64,000 nt of DNA from a virus (lineage: Duplodnaviria > Caudoviricetes): positions 42,710 through 106,709 of the IMG/VR virus record IMGVR_UViG_3300014204_005796. One strand, given 5' to 3'. Positions 1 to 10,775 of the stretch are shown piece by piece; the stretch's first letter is position 1, and the number at the start of each line of letters is the position of its first letter. The notes beneath the pieces were generated by a model, which was not told the origin of the DNA, searched no databases, and saw only the letters and a program-made list of their open reading frames with translations. A program made the position numbers and the translations under genes.

Positions 1-1620
1 CGCCTAACTTTTGCCAGAGCTTTCAATGTAGACCCTATTGAGTTTGACAACACACTTAAGAATATTATAGAACTTTATGCATCAAATTATAATATTTCAC
101 GCAAATTAGGCACAAAGTCGCGGGGCATTATCACGTTTTATAGCGTGACAGAACCTTCAAGTAGTTTAGTTGTCCCTGCAGGTACAGAAGTTAAGATACC
201 CAATACCCAGATAGTGTTTAAAACACTAAAAACTGTCACCATGCCGACGCTTGCTCTCCAAACAACAACAAATCCTTTATTATATGATACTTTAAATAAT
301 CGTTACTACGTTAATGTTGTTGCAGACTGTCTCAGTACAGGTGGAATTGGAAATGTTCCAGCTAATTCTATTATAGAATACTCAGGGTCCCCAGTTGTAG
401 GCCTACAACCGGTTAACTCCCTCGCTTTTGTTGGCGGCACAGATCCTGAAACTGACGCCGAGTTAGTAGTACGACTTAAAAATGCCTATACGGGAAACTT
501 TAAAGGTACAGCGCCTTCTATAGTATCTACCGTACTATCTTTTGATTTTATTAAAGACGTGGCCATAGCCTATCTGTACAATGATATAAATAAAGTGCGC
601 AGTGGGATGAACACAGTGGATTTATTTATACAGGGTGGAAAACTCATATCTAATACCAGCACGGTGACAATTACGGAAAACCCCTATTTCTTTGCGCTAG
701 CTAATGCATATACGACGCAGCTTAATGTACTACAAGGAACAACAGACACGCCTACAGCATATACATATCCGTCGTTTACTCACCAGCTGTCATATGGTGA
801 CAATGGAGAAAGTTTTATTTCATTTTTAACTGTAGGTAGTCCACATTTTGTAGTTACAGAGCTGCTGGTCGACTATGCACCCACAGGTATAAAGACTGCT
901 ACACTTTACTTGCAAACGTTCTACAAGGCCGACGGGACTGTAGATACTACCAGAAGTACCATAGGAACGTTCCCTGACTTCGTGGCCGGCAGCGTTTTAA
1001 GCGCGACCGGACGTGTAAAAGTGTTTAGGATACTTGGTGACGTGTCTATAGATGATACACTTAACTGGTCTTACACGGCGCCCTCAACAGGAGTACAAGG
1101 ATTAACACGCATAGCAGACGTATACGCGGCAGACTTTCCTACACTGCGCTATGAAGTACAAATCCTGCCTAAAGTTAATGATGTAATGACGATTGACTCA
1201 CTGTATAACTCAGCAATTTCAGAAGTACAGAGTTATGTAGCCAATCCGGCTAATCTGTTCGTGGGCCAGGATATTATGTGCTATCCTGCAACGGCAGTTC
1301 AGATTGTAGCAGACATTAAAATACAAGTTGATACGTCCTACCAGTCCATACCAGACCTGGAAGCTGCGGCGTATAGCAAAATAGTCGAACTTCTAGGCAA
1401 CACGGGACTAGGTCAAGAGTTGAATCAAACATTTTATATATCAGAGTTACTGAAAATTCCAGGAATTGTTGACGTGGAACGTCCTTTTTCAGTTTTTACA
1501 CGTAACTATGACACACGCATGGGCTCCACAGATATTGTGCTTTCTCCGAAAGAGTACCCGATTGTGGCTGACATAGCCGACGTCGTAGTACATGGCCAGT
1601 ATGAACCCTTAGGAAGGTAA
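1..1620 (+). CDS. Baseplate J-like (wedge) protein, 5'-partial
   Basis: Frame is open from base 1. Contains baseplate-J-type segments (VPAGT, GGIGNVPANSI, GGTDPETDAELVVRL, C-terminal LGQEL...IPGIVDV). Confidence 0.8.
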   Translation, partial: RLTFARAFNVDPIEFDNTLKNIIELYASNYNISRKLGTKSRGIITFYSVTEPSSSLVVPAGTEVKIPNTQIVFKTLKTVTMPTLALQTTTNPLLYDTLNNRYYVNVVADCLSTGGIGNVPANSIIEYSGSPVVGLQPVNSLAFVGGTDPETDAELVVRLKNAYTGNFKGTAPSIVSTVLSFDFIKDVAIAYLYNDINKVRSGMNTVDLFIQGGKLISNTSTVTITENPYFFALANAYTTQLNVLQGTTDTPTAYTYPSFTHQLSYGDNGESFISFLTVGSPHFVVTELLVDYAPTGIKTATLYLQTFYKADGTVDTTRSTIGTFPDFVAGSVLSATGRVKVFRILGDVSIDDTLNWSYTAPSTGVQGLTRIADVYAADFPTLRYEVQILPKVNDVMTIDSLYNSAISEVQSYVANPANLFVGQDIMCYPATAVQIVADIKIQVDTSYQSIPDLEAAAYSKIVELLGNTGLGQELNQTFYISELLKIPGIVDVERPFSVFTRNYDTRMGSTDIVLSPKEYPIVADIADVVVHGQYEPLGR

Positions 1621-1622
1621 AA

Positions 1623-3557
1623 ATGGAAGCTATTAAACTCACAAATAACAGAACAATAGCAGATAATTTGGTAGAGCGTAAGACAGGTACTCTATATGAT
1701 ACTTACTATAAGGCGCTTGAAAACCTGGCAAAAGTATACGTAGATGGCATCGTTGAAAATGTACTAAATAATAGTTTTATTTTTACGTCAGATTCGGCAG
1801 GATTAAAACGCTGGCAGGCGTACTACGAGCAAAAACCTTTTGACATGACATGGACACAGTTTCGTAGTTTGTTATTCTTACTTAATGAGGCAACCAGGGA
1901 AGGCCCCACAGTTACGAACATACAAAACATCCTAAAGTTTTTTGATGCAACAGCTACATTTTCACAGGTAACTACCCGGCATATATTTTATGGAACACCG
2001 GGGTACGTAATCGCTACACTCACGAAAGGGGACGATCTTATAACAACAGACTTTGACTGGCTGGCAGTCCCAAACTATAATCTACTAAGCAACTCACACA
2101 TATGGTATACTTCCGGTGGTGTAAACACACGCTTCAATGAAGGAACCGACTACAGTCTGGTATTGCAAGAAGACGGCGGAAAGGTACAAGCGGTTGTCAC
2201 GTGGATCACAGGTACCCCTCCGACAGACGGAGAGTCCTATGATCTTTTATTCAAGGACGACAGTATCGACCACGACGACCCACAGTCTTTATTTTACAAT
2301 CATAACTCAGGAACGTTTCCCGAAGAGGAAGCCTACATATATACAGAAGACTCATCTTTGCCAAAAGTAAATGAGTTTTTTGTGACAACAGACTCCACAG
2401 TTATTTATGAGTCTTCCGCATTAGTAATTCCTAAAGTCTCATTTAGGTATATGCTACAGGCGCTTTTAAATAAGATACTACCGGCCAATATAGTCTTTTT
2501 GCTGCGTTTTATGGATGCGGCATCTATTCTATACAGAAAGGACCAGGGGCCCGACCCGGTAACGCAGCCACGCCAGCTCATAATTTATGAACCTGCGTAT
2601 GGACAAATCCGCAGCTATAATCTTATGGTCGCCGGATATGAGACAGCACAGCTTAGGGACGCCATGCGCGTAGATGAGAATGATTTTTTACTGATTCTCC
2701 AGCCGCCACCGCCCTCGCGAAAACAGCATATTGTTCGTTACGACACAGCTACAAAAATTACCACTGAAGCGGTTACCAATGTGTTTTCTGTAGACCAGGC
2801 AGGTACAGCCTTTACCAGGGTAGACCTTAATACACTTATATTTCCGTCCATAGGATCGTTTGACCCTTACTTTAGCGTTTACGACGTAAAAACCGGGGGC
2901 AGCACCACCTATTACAACGCCTATGGCGCAACCGCCCTCTCTAACCCGGCGGTAGCAACATCTCCGGTATTTACGACAGGTTTTGATTTTCTCTGGGATA
3001 TGAAGGCAGACAACAATGGACATGCTTACTTTATTGTGCGTAATATACAGACTAATGACTGGTATATTCGGGTTTTACACGTAATAACTAATACATTAGT
3101 TTACGAAGTAAATTTAGGACCCTTAGCAGGTCAGCCAAATTCATTTTCTCCACTTAGTACTAGTAAGTACGTATTCTTTCATAACAAAACAATTAATGGG
3201 TCTGGCGACGTAGTATTTGTAGACGCAACTATACCCTCGGTGGTTAGCACAACATTTGACATTATAAATGCTTCTGTAATTGCTATAAACGATGAATTAG
3301 TTGTGTCCACAAAGAACGACGGTCCTGACGTAGAAATCTACACGTCAGCGTTCGGAGAGGTGCCAACACTCCTTATGATCGTACCTAATATGCCGGCTTC
3401 GTCTGTATACCTGCATGAGAACGACTTGGTTTTAGTCAATAATTATAAAAGCGTGGCTATAGTGTTAAACTTTGTTACACTATTAGGGGCTGCCCCAGTT
3501 CTTAGCTACCACGTGGATTCAAACAGTCAATTTTTATACCCAGTTGACGTATACTAA
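1623..3557 (+). CDS. Baseplate/tail-associated structural protein (gpI-like N-terminus, beta-rich C-terminus)
   Basis: Directly follows baseplate J. GPTVTNIQNIL and LLNKILPANI resemble wedge/tail protein I motifs; the C-terminus is beta-rich. Confidence 0.55.
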   Translation: MEAIKLTNNRTIADNLVERKTGTLYDTYYKALENLAKVYVDGIVENVLNNSFIFTSDSAGLKRWQAYYEQKPFDMTWTQFRSLLFLLNEATREGPTVTNIQNILKFFDATATFSQVTTRHIFYGTPGYVIATLTKGDDLITTDFDWLAVPNYNLLSNSHIWYTSGGVNTRFNEGTDYSLVLQEDGGKVQAVVTWITGTPPTDGESYDLLFKDDSIDHDDPQSLFYNHNSGTFPEEEAYIYTEDSSLPKVNEFFVTTDSTVIYESSALVIPKVSFRYMLQALLNKILPANIVFLLRFMDAASILYRKDQGPDPVTQPRQLIIYEPAYGQIRSYNLMVAGYETAQLRDAMRVDENDFLLILQPPPPSRKQHIVRYDTATKITTEAVTNVFSVDQAGTAFTRVDLNTLIFPSIGSFDPYFSVYDVKTGGSTTYYNAYGATALSNPAVATSPVFTTGFDFLWDMKADNNGHAYFIVRNIQTNDWYIRVLHVITNTLVYEVNLGPLAGQPNSFSPLSTSKYVFFHNKTINGSGDVVFVDATIPSVVSTTFDIINASVIAINDELVVSTKNDGPDVEIYTSAFGEVPTLLMIVPNMPASSVYLHENDLVLVNNYKSVAIVLNFVTLLGAAPVLSYHVDSNSQFLYPVDVY

Positions 3558-3569
3558 AAGGAGGATGGA

Positions 3570-6500
3570 ATGAACCTTAATCCATTCAATTTGTTTAAAA
3601 AGAAGTCAGTTGACGCGCCGGCGCTTACTCCGGAAGAAATAAGAGCTGGCATTACACAGCAACTGCAGCGCCTAATGGCAGATCCTAATTTGCTGGAACG
3701 CCTTGATGTTAATACTTCCATGCCCCCGGAAGTCCAGTCAGAACATCTGGTAAACGCTGAGTGGATAAATACATACCTAAATACTGAAGGTATGGCCATA
3801 GTAAGTGAATTACAAAAAAACTTTGAGACCTTGGACCCATCAAGGGCTCAAACAAGTTTATCCAAATTTTTAGACCCATCAAACCAGGTTATTATAGATG
3901 CCATACACAAGATATACCCAACATATAAGAACTTTGTTATTGAAATGGCACAACGCCGGGACAAGGCCCCAAAAGCCGCACCAGAAGCAGAAGTAGGACG
4001 CATATTTGAGCCCCTTATAAAAGCAACTTTTGAGCGCATTGTCGAAGCTGCCAGTGATTACTTACGTGATACTGAAAAGAGCAAAATGTTTGAAGGGCTT
4101 AACGACTTAGAAATTAAAGGTATCATAGAGTCATTTAAGTTTTCCATTGAATCAGATAAGTCTACAGTGCTTCCGGAAGCGTTAAGAAGTTTTTTAAAAA
4201 GCAATCCAGGGCTGCCAAAGGATAATGAAACTTTGTCTCGCGCGGCCGGTCCAGTCATATTTATGGGCACTTATGAAACGAAGCTTATTGATACGGCTAT
4301 TAGCTTAGTTGATAGTCAGGGCAAAGATATGAATACGCTCAAGGAAGAGTTTAAAACTAAGCTTGGTACGCTAAAGGATGAGCTCCAGAAGAAAGCTGGC
4401 GTGGATGAAGATAACATTTACTATATAAAAGATGGCGCAAATGTACTATTCACACCTATAGGAAAACAGACGTTCCTTAAGTCATGGGCCAGTCAGTCCG
4501 ACGGGTCACCACAGGCGGTGCTTAACTTATTTGTTGGTGCTGTAGCAAAAGCAAGCCCGGAGTCCGAACAGGCACATGATAACCAGATGGACGAAGCCAA
4601 CTTCCGAGGATTACTCGGTGATATGGTTACGCTGTCAAAAGCACAGAAAGAAGGGCATCAAGCTTCCTTTGGGACGGCTGCAGAGCCCTTACTCACATTT
4701 CTTATTAACGTCGCTATAGGCGCGCACCCGGACGTCCAAACATTTGATGTAACACGGCCTGGCGCGTCAGGGCGTGACACGTCTATCCAGCTCGCTATAG
4801 ACCATATGACTGCGCGTGGTCTATTTCCTGTAATTAAACCGGATTTAAAATCAGAGCGTTGGACCCTGACAATTAATCCGGGTCCGGTTATTACAGCCAC
4901 GAAACTATTTGTTGGGTCACTTAGCACAGACCTTAAGGATTTTTTAATGGTACTTGCAGCGAGACCAAATCCTGACAGCGCTTTTCAGGTAGCTCTGGGT
5001 GGGATTCTTAAAAATATCATAACCTCATTTGATGCATATGCACTTAAGCATCTTGAGACCCTGGACATACAGAGCCTGGCTAATGGCTATATGGGTAAGA
5101 TTGTTGATCAGGTTTCAAAAGCTTTAGACGGTGTTGGAGGAGCTCCTGCAGGATCAGCCCCGGCGCGGGCGCAAGAACCCACAGCGCCTGTAACTAAAGT
5201 TCCACCCCCGCCTCCCGCTACTGCCGTGGCCTACTCACTTAGAAGTATACTAAAGACGGCAAAGGAAGCGGAAGCACAAGGTCTTGTAAGCGAAATTATG
5301 CGTCGTTACCATGGGATACCTGTTAAGGAACCCGTTGAAGCTTATATTACGGAGCGCAACATTCCGCCTTTTGGCGTAACGGTATATGAAATAGAAATAG
5401 AAGGGGCATATTTAAGGAACTTGCCGCAGGTCCAGCTCCAAGATATGAACAAAGTACTGACAGGTGAAGCTCTTGGCCAGTACCCGGAGATAAAAAAGGG
5501 AGTTCGTGTGGTACATTCGAGTTTTACTTATGTGTCAGGCAGGCCTGCCTATATAGTTGTCATAGCTGTAGGTGAGCCAACACCCGACGCTGATGCGTCC
5601 CAAGTTAAAGACCCTATAGTACAAAAACTTCTGTCCAGTAAGAATGTAGAAGAGTCATTAGAAGATCCTAATAAGGTCAGGGAGCTTGCCCAGCAGGTAG
5701 CGGCTCAAGGTGGATTACGTCATCTGGATAAAGACGCTCTGCGCTCCAAGCTGGAAGCTTTGGAAAACTCCAGCATGCAGGACGGCGCTGACAAAGAAGC
5801 TATAGGTAAGCAAATTCAACGGCTGCAAAAACAGATAGCACAGCCGGACTTACAACAGGACCTAGGCATATCTACAGAGGAAATTTATGACAAAACTCCT
5901 GAGGAGCTGCGCGAAGTTGTTCAAAAATACGTAAGCAACTTTTCAAAAACAAACTCCTATACAGTAGACTACGCAGGACCTCGTACAGTTAACAGAACCC
6001 CCTTGCAAGACAAAATATCGGCTGATTTAGCAAGTACTATACATGCGCTTAAGGACCGCACAGGTTTGACACGTGGAGAAGCTTCCCTGCCACCGGAATT
6101 ACAGCTGGCCGTGCTTAATACCCTGTCAGGCGTGCAGAAGGAGCTATCTGCTGCAGGTGTTCCCGCTTTGGGAGCACAGGACGCCAACCAGACTATGAGT
6201 AATCTGACGCAGGCGGCACTCAGCGGTGACATAAAGAGCATGTCCTATGTACATGATCAGTTAAAAACATACCTCTCTCAGCTGGATAACTTTCTAAAGG
6301 AACGCGGAGGAAAGACAGAGTCCCCTCTGATTAAAAAGATTATGGACCAGTATGTCATACCCTTGGCTGAAAAATTCACGGAGCAGCTTGGTGGACCTAA
6401 AGATATCAATAGAACTATGCTTTTAATAGGTAAACTAGAGAATTATTTGGACGACCTTAACGCCGGTACGTACAAAGACCAAGCAGTGGCCCCTATTGCG

Positions 6501-7373
6501 CAGCAGCTTGAACAGATAAAACAAGATTATAACATACGTCCTTCCGCAGATGTTAGTACTATGGATTTGGACCAAACCGCAAAGGAAATATTTTACAGCC
6601 TTTTCCCAGACTATGAAAGTGGCGACCCCGAGATGGCAGGAGAACTCGAAAGAACTACTCCTGTAGAGGATAAATCACGCGTAATAGAGCAAAAGATAAA
6701 TGAAGGTAAACCTAATAAGAAGCGCTTTAACATACAGACTTTGGGTAAGAACTTCGAGAAGCTGCGTCCTTTATTTGAAGCCCGCGCCAAAGAAGTGCAG
6801 TTTGACGTGGCAGATAATGATGAAACCTTGGGGTTGCTGGCTGAACAGCTTCCTGAAGCTGTTAAAAGAGGCAATGCTATTACTATATCTGAGGGTACTA
6901 TTGCACCGCCAAAAGAAAAGCTAGATAAAACCGGGCCAAAACCTCTTTCTCCTGAGGACCAAGCTAAACTGCAAGAAATGATGAAGGCACGTGAAGATCG
7001 TGGCGCTAAGGATATGGCAGCTAAAGAAGAAGCCATGAAAGGTAAACAATTGGATCTGAAAACTATATATGACAAAGTTATTGCCGAGGATAAGGCTATA
7101 ACTACAATCCTACAACAAGCTTTTCAGGACATATCAGCAAAGTATACTGACGTGGCCGAGCGTAACCAGGCTGTTAGCACGTACAGAGCTATGTCTTCTA
7201 AAGTGGAACAGGAGCGTACAGCTATAATGGAGCATGTTGGTGCATCTATAGCGCGTGCACCTGGTACTGAAGACCAGACTGCTGACGCTGCTCTAAGTAA
7301 GGACTTGCAGCAGCTTAGCAGGTTAAAACAGTGGCTTTTAGCACAACTTGGTAAACCATCAGCAATCCTTTAG
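3570..7373 (+). CDS. Large helical protein of unknown function, putative virion/ejection protein
   Basis: 1267-aa ORF with AAGGAGG SD, last gene of the structural operon, Pro/Ala-rich linker. Confidence 0.5.
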   Translation: MNLNPFNLFKKKSVDAPALTPEEIRAGITQQLQRLMADPNLLERLDVNTSMPPEVQSEHLVNAEWINTYLNTEGMAIVSELQKNFETLDPSRAQTSLSKFLDPSNQVIIDAIHKIYPTYKNFVIEMAQRRDKAPKAAPEAEVGRIFEPLIKATFERIVEAASDYLRDTEKSKMFEGLNDLEIKGIIESFKFSIESDKSTVLPEALRSFLKSNPGLPKDNETLSRAAGPVIFMGTYETKLIDTAISLVDSQGKDMNTLKEEFKTKLGTLKDELQKKAGVDEDNIYYIKDGANVLFTPIGKQTFLKSWASQSDGSPQAVLNLFVGAVAKASPESEQAHDNQMDEANFRGLLGDMVTLSKAQKEGHQASFGTAAEPLLTFLINVAIGAHPDVQTFDVTRPGASGRDTSIQLAIDHMTARGLFPVIKPDLKSERWTLTINPGPVITATKLFVGSLSTDLKDFLMVLAARPNPDSAFQVALGGILKNIITSFDAYALKHLETLDIQSLANGYMGKIVDQVSKALDGVGGAPAGSAPARAQEPTAPVTKVPPPPPATAVAYSLRSILKTAKEAEAQGLVSEIMRRYHGIPVKEPVEAYITERNIPPFGVTVYEIEIEGAYLRNLPQVQLQDMNKVLTGEALGQYPEIKKGVRVVHSSFTYVSGRPAYIVVIAVGEPTPDADASQVKDPIVQKLLSSKNVEESLEDPNKVRELAQQVAAQGGLRHLDKDALRSKLEALENSSMQDGADKEAIGKQIQRLQKQIAQPDLQQDLGISTEEIYDKTPEELREVVQKYVSNFSKTNSYTVDYAGPRTVNRTPLQDKISADLASTIHALKDRTGLTRGEASLPPELQLAVLNTLSGVQKELSAAGVPALGAQDANQTMSNLTQAALSGDIKSMSYVHDQLKTYLSQLDNFLKERGGKTESPLIKKIMDQYVIPLAEKFTEQLGGPKDINRTMLLIGKLENYLDDLNAGTYKDQAVAPIAQQLEQIKQDYNIRPSADVSTMDLDQTAKEIFYSLFPDYESGDPEMAGELERTTPVEDKSRVIEQKINEGKPNKKRFNIQTLGKNFEKLRPLFEARAKEVQFDVADNDETLGLLAEQLPEAVKRGNAITISEGTIAPPKEKLDKTGPKPLSPEDQAKLQEMMKAREDRGAKDMAAKEEAMKGKQLDLKTIYDKVIAEDKAITTILQQAFQDISAKYTDVAERNQAVSTYRAMSSKVEQERTAIMEHVGASIARAPGTEDQTADAALSKDLQQLSRLKQWLLAQLGKPSAIL

Positions 7374-7943
7374 TAAATTGGCAAGAACATAATCCGATAA
7401 GGCCAGCAAAAATGCCATATGCGGGTCAATACAGGCCAGCCCTACATGTTTGGCACCATCAAAATGTACGTCATCGCTGTTCCACTCCTTGGCCCCATCC
7501 ATGATAGAATGCTCTGGTTCAAGGGGCTGTGGTGACGCTATGCTCTTTGCACTCTCAGCTAACCAGGCCTTATCTGTGCCTTCATACTTCTTTATCTGCC
7601 GTGAGTGCTGGTAGACTCTTTCCAGATCCGAAAGGTGGTTTAAGCAGTTACGCCAAAAGAACGTGTTAAACGAGGTTTTTTCTGGGTCGTATTTAACCAC
7701 GCTATGCGCTAGTTTTACACTTAACTCTTGTACAATGTCTTCAACAGAGAATTCCGGTATATATACCTTGTAAGGTCCAAATGTTCGAGTGGCTAAGGTT
7801 TCTATTTTTTTGCGGTAGAACTTATGCAGCCTTTCATATTCAGATTGGTTTATAATATTCATTTTGTTCTGATTTATGTCAAACTCAAATACTTCGTTTT
7901 GCACAGTAATTCGCTTATGTACCTTTAAGGGTTTATCCTGCAT
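7359..7943 (-). CDS. Phage sigma70-family RNA polymerase sigma factor (region 2)
   Basis: EDIVQELSVKLAHSVVKYDPEKTSFNTFFWRNCLNHLSD matches sigma70 region 2. Confidence 0.7.
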   Translation of the reverse strand: MQDKPLKVHKRITVQNEVFEFDINQNKMNIINQSEYERLHKFYRKKIETLATRTFGPYKVYIPEFSVEDIVQELSVKLAHSVVKYDPEKTSFNTFFWRNCLNHLSDLERVYQHSRQIKKYEGTDKAWLAESAKSIASPQPLEPEHSIMDGAKEWNSDDVHFDGAKHVGLACIDPHMAFLLALSDYVLANLLKDC

Positions 7944-8002
7944 ATAGTACTCCAGTTAAGATTTGCCGTAATGAAAGTCCCAGGACTCTCATAGTGTGCC
8001 TG

Positions 8003-8524
8003 CTAGTCCTCCTTTATGCGCGTAAATAAGAAAAATTCGTTCGCGCCAAGTTTTTGAAAAAATTTGGTAAACTCATAAAAGTCGGTACTAAAGAATACTT
8101 TAGTACTATCATACACGCGGGAACGCATCTGTGCAATCGATACGTCGGCGTCCCAGCGCAGTTTGTCTAAGCACCGCAAAGACGGAAAGACTACACAATG
8201 TATATCTGCTTCATTATGTTCAGGTATCAAGTCGTACTTCTGTAGTAGCGCCACGTATTGTTCCAGTACAAATTTAATCGTGGACATACCGACGCCCACG
8301 TCCCACTCAAAGTGTATGCCAATAGTATGATCTGTGTGGTATTTGTACATAAGGTAATTTCCAGTCTGTACCAAGGTAATTCGCAAAGGTGTACCTCGTG
8401 TTGACGCGTAGAGTTCCATAAACATACGGAAGTATTGCTCCATACATGGGCCATTTGAGGCCATAAGTATGTTCCCGTCAGCGTCATTTAGTGTAGTAGT
8501 GTCATGTATTGTTTTAGAGCTCAT
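8003..8524 (-). CDS. Hypothetical protein, SxxxFxxE-motif family
   Basis: Start reassigned to the SD-preceded ATG at 8524; motif GMSTIKFVLEQ. Confidence 0.7.
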   Translation of the reverse strand: MSSKTIHDTTTLNDADGNILMASNGPCMEQYFRMFMELYASTRGTPLRITLVQTGNYLMYKYHTDHTIGIHFEWDVGVGMSTIKFVLEQYVALLQKYDLIPEHNEADIHCVVFPSLRCLDKLRWDADVSIAQMRSRVYDSTKVFFSTDFYEFTKFFQKLGANEFFLFTRIKED

Positions 8525-8903
8525 CTTTCTCTCCGTCGCCAAATTTGGCTTTAAGCTTGCGGTATAAGGCGCGTTGTCGGTCTTCATCTGCAGCTTCATC
8601 CCATAGCTTCTCCCGCTCCTTTAACCATATTACAAACTCCTCATGCTTGCGCTGCTCCTCAAAGTACTTAAGGACTGCAGGTTCATTCATCATATCTTCT
8701 CCACGAGTTTCAAAGTTAGTGGGAATGAGCCTCACGTTTTTATACGTAGGTTGCTCTTGGGATAACTTACACTTGTGTATATCCCACAGCATACGCAACA
8801 TCGCATGCATAGCCTCTTCATGGGTGTTATATTCATCGCAGCGGTTTTCACACCAACGGTAATCATCTTCATCCCAAAAATCATGTACTAAAATGAACCG
8901 CAT
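8514..8903 (-). CDS. Hypothetical protein, paralog of 8903-9280
   Basis: Shares YKNxxxxPTNF and EDRxRxxxxxLKAK with its neighbour. Confidence 0.75.
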   Translation of the reverse strand: MRFILVHDFWDEDDYRWCENRCDEYNTHEEAMHAMLRMLWDIHKCKLSQEQPTYKNVRLIPTNFETRGEDMMNEPAVLKYFEEQRKHEEFVIWLKEREKLWDEAADEDRQRALYRKLKAKFGDGEKDEL

Positions 8904-9280
8904 CAGATATCAACCTGGTACTTGGCTTTAAGTTCTTTAAGTTGCGTACGTTCCCGATCCTCTTTTTCCGCCTCTTCCTGCAATTTCAAGAGCTTGGTCC
9001 GTTCTGCTTCCTTGTCGTACTTAATCTTGCGTTCTATGCAGTATTGTGCATACTGCGGGCACTTGACGAGCTCGGTGACGTCCAGGGAAAAATTAGTAGG
9101 AGTGATAAGTAGATTTTTGTAGCAGCTGTCATCTCCTTTGGTGGATATTTCATGTAAAATATACAAGGTGTCGACCAATTTTGTATCCAATAAAGCCTCC
9201 TCAAAAGAATTAAAGGTTTCGGCATGAGAACACCAGTCATCCTCAGAATCAAGATATTCCCACGTAACTAAGAATTTCAT
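8903..9280 (-). CDS. Hypothetical protein, paralog of 8514-8903
   Basis: Same shared motifs; SD GGGTGA upstream. Confidence 0.75.
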   Translation of the reverse strand: MKFLVTWEYLDSEDDWCSHAETFNSFEEALLDTKLVDTLYILHEISTKGDDSCYKNLLITPTNFSLDVTELVKCPQYAQYCIERKIKYDKEAERTKLLKLQEEAEKEDRERTQLKELKAKYQVDI

Positions 9281-9283
9281 AGG

Positions 9284-10519
9284 TCACCCCTTTATGACCG
9301 CCACGGTCTTGAGTTTAGTCACAGGTTCAACAAGCTCTTCCTGATCCTTCATGACTACGTCGATGTCTTTATATGCACCTTTACATTCCTCAGCCACGTC
9401 TTCCATCTTACTTTTACCAATGGTTACATTGAGCGTCTTAAGTTCCTCAATCACAGACTGCACGGTGAAGGACTGTTTCGCCTTGGTCCTGGACATAGCC
9501 CGGCCAGCCCCGTGGGAGCATGACATAAAGCTTTCCGGATTTCCTTTGCCGCGTACTATATAGGAGAAGGAACCCATAGCGCCGGGTATGATCCCGAGCT
9601 CACCTTCGCGCACACGTATGGCCCCTTTACGGTGAACCCACACGTTCTCCCCAAAGTGATTCTCTAACGCAGCATAGTTGTGATGGGCGTTAATCTCCGT
9701 ATCAAACTTAACACCCGGAAATTCCCCTCCGACAAGGAGTTTGGCCATCTTCATCATTTCTGCCCTGTTCTGCATGGCAAACTTCTGCGCAAACATCATC
9801 CAGCGTATGTACGCTGCACCTTCAATGGCATCGGTAGGAAGGAACGCCAGCTGTGATCCTTTTGGAACTTCAGAATGCCACCGTGTATTGAGACGTTCGG
9901 CTTCCTTATTATAAAAATCGCATATTACCTTACCCACATTCCTGGAGCCTGAGTGTATCATTATGGCAAGCAGGCCCTGTTCATCTTCCTGGAGTTCAAT
10001 GAAATGGTTGCCACCACCCAGAGTACCCAGCTGCTTGTGCGCCTCAGGAAACACCCTGTCCCACAGAGCTGAATCCATGATGCTGTTTGCCAAAAGAAAC
10101 GTCTCAAGGCTCTTATACTCTGCGAGTACGTCAGGATCAAACGCGATAGGCATAGCGCGGTGCTGAAAACCAGTAGGTATGTTACGCATGAGCTGGCCTA
10201 CAAGCTTCTGCGTCATAGTGCCATTAGGCGTCTCCGCCTTAAGTTCCTTGACTGGAATATCCGTGTGTACATAAACCATTCCGCATCCAATATCTACGCC
10301 AACCATATTTGGACTTATGGCACCCTTGAGTGCCGCGACTCCACCCACAGGCATACCATGTCCCATGTGACAGTCCGGCATAAGCGCCACGTGCTTGAAC
10401 AGATATGGAAGGTTAGATACGGCCTCGGCCTGCAGTAAGCATGACGGTTCAATAGAGTCCGGGTTGATCCAGGCCTTAATAGGTTTCTTCTGTACTGTCC
10501 CATTAAATATTACATTCAT
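9284..10519 (-). CDS. rtcB: RtcB family RNA ligase
   Basis: Motifs PDCH, VGVDIGCG, GTLGGGNHFIE, HSGSR, HHNYA, VHRKGA, IIPGAMG, SHGAGR, AYKDI. Confidence 0.97.
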   Translation of the reverse strand: MNVIFNGTVQKKPIKAWINPDSIEPSCLLQAEAVSNLPYLFKHVALMPDCHMGHGMPVGGVAALKGAISPNMVGVDIGCGMVYVHTDIPVKELKAETPNGTMTQKLVGQLMRNIPTGFQHRAMPIAFDPDVLAEYKSLETFLLANSIMDSALWDRVFPEAHKQLGTLGGGNHFIELQEDEQGLLAIMIHSGSRNVGKVICDFYNKEAERLNTRWHSEVPKGSQLAFLPTDAIEGAAYIRWMMFAQKFAMQNRAEMMKMAKLLVGGEFPGVKFDTEINAHHNYAALENHFGENVWVHRKGAIRVREGELGIIPGAMGSFSYIVRGKGNPESFMSCSHGAGRAMSRTKAKQSFTVQSVIEELKTLNVTIGKSKMEDVAEECKGAYKDIDVVMKDQEELVEPVTKLKTVAVIKG

Positions 10520-10520
10520 G

Positions 10521-10751
10521 TTAGTTGCCTCCTATTTTAGGTTCATTAAAATGCCGCCAAGTCGCGTACGCCCAGAGCACTATAGCCATACCAATCAAGG
10601 TAGCGACAGTATAGTGGTAGAGAAGCCATCCCCACGCAAGTGCCAGCGCAAATCCAATTACTATAGTTAGTATGCTAAACAGCATATTTCCTAGTGCCAT
10701 AAGCGCCGACCTGCCAAGTCTCTTCCAGAAATTTGGTGTCATATAGCCCAC
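10521..10751 (-). CDS. Small membrane protein
   Basis: Two hydrophobic segments. Confidence 0.6.
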   Translation of the reverse strand: MGYMTPNFWKRLGRSALMALGNMLFSILTIVIGFALALAWGWLLYHYTVATLIGMAIVLWAYATWRHFNEPKIGGN

Positions 10752-10775
10752 CTCGCTTCAAATTTTTTGTACTCT

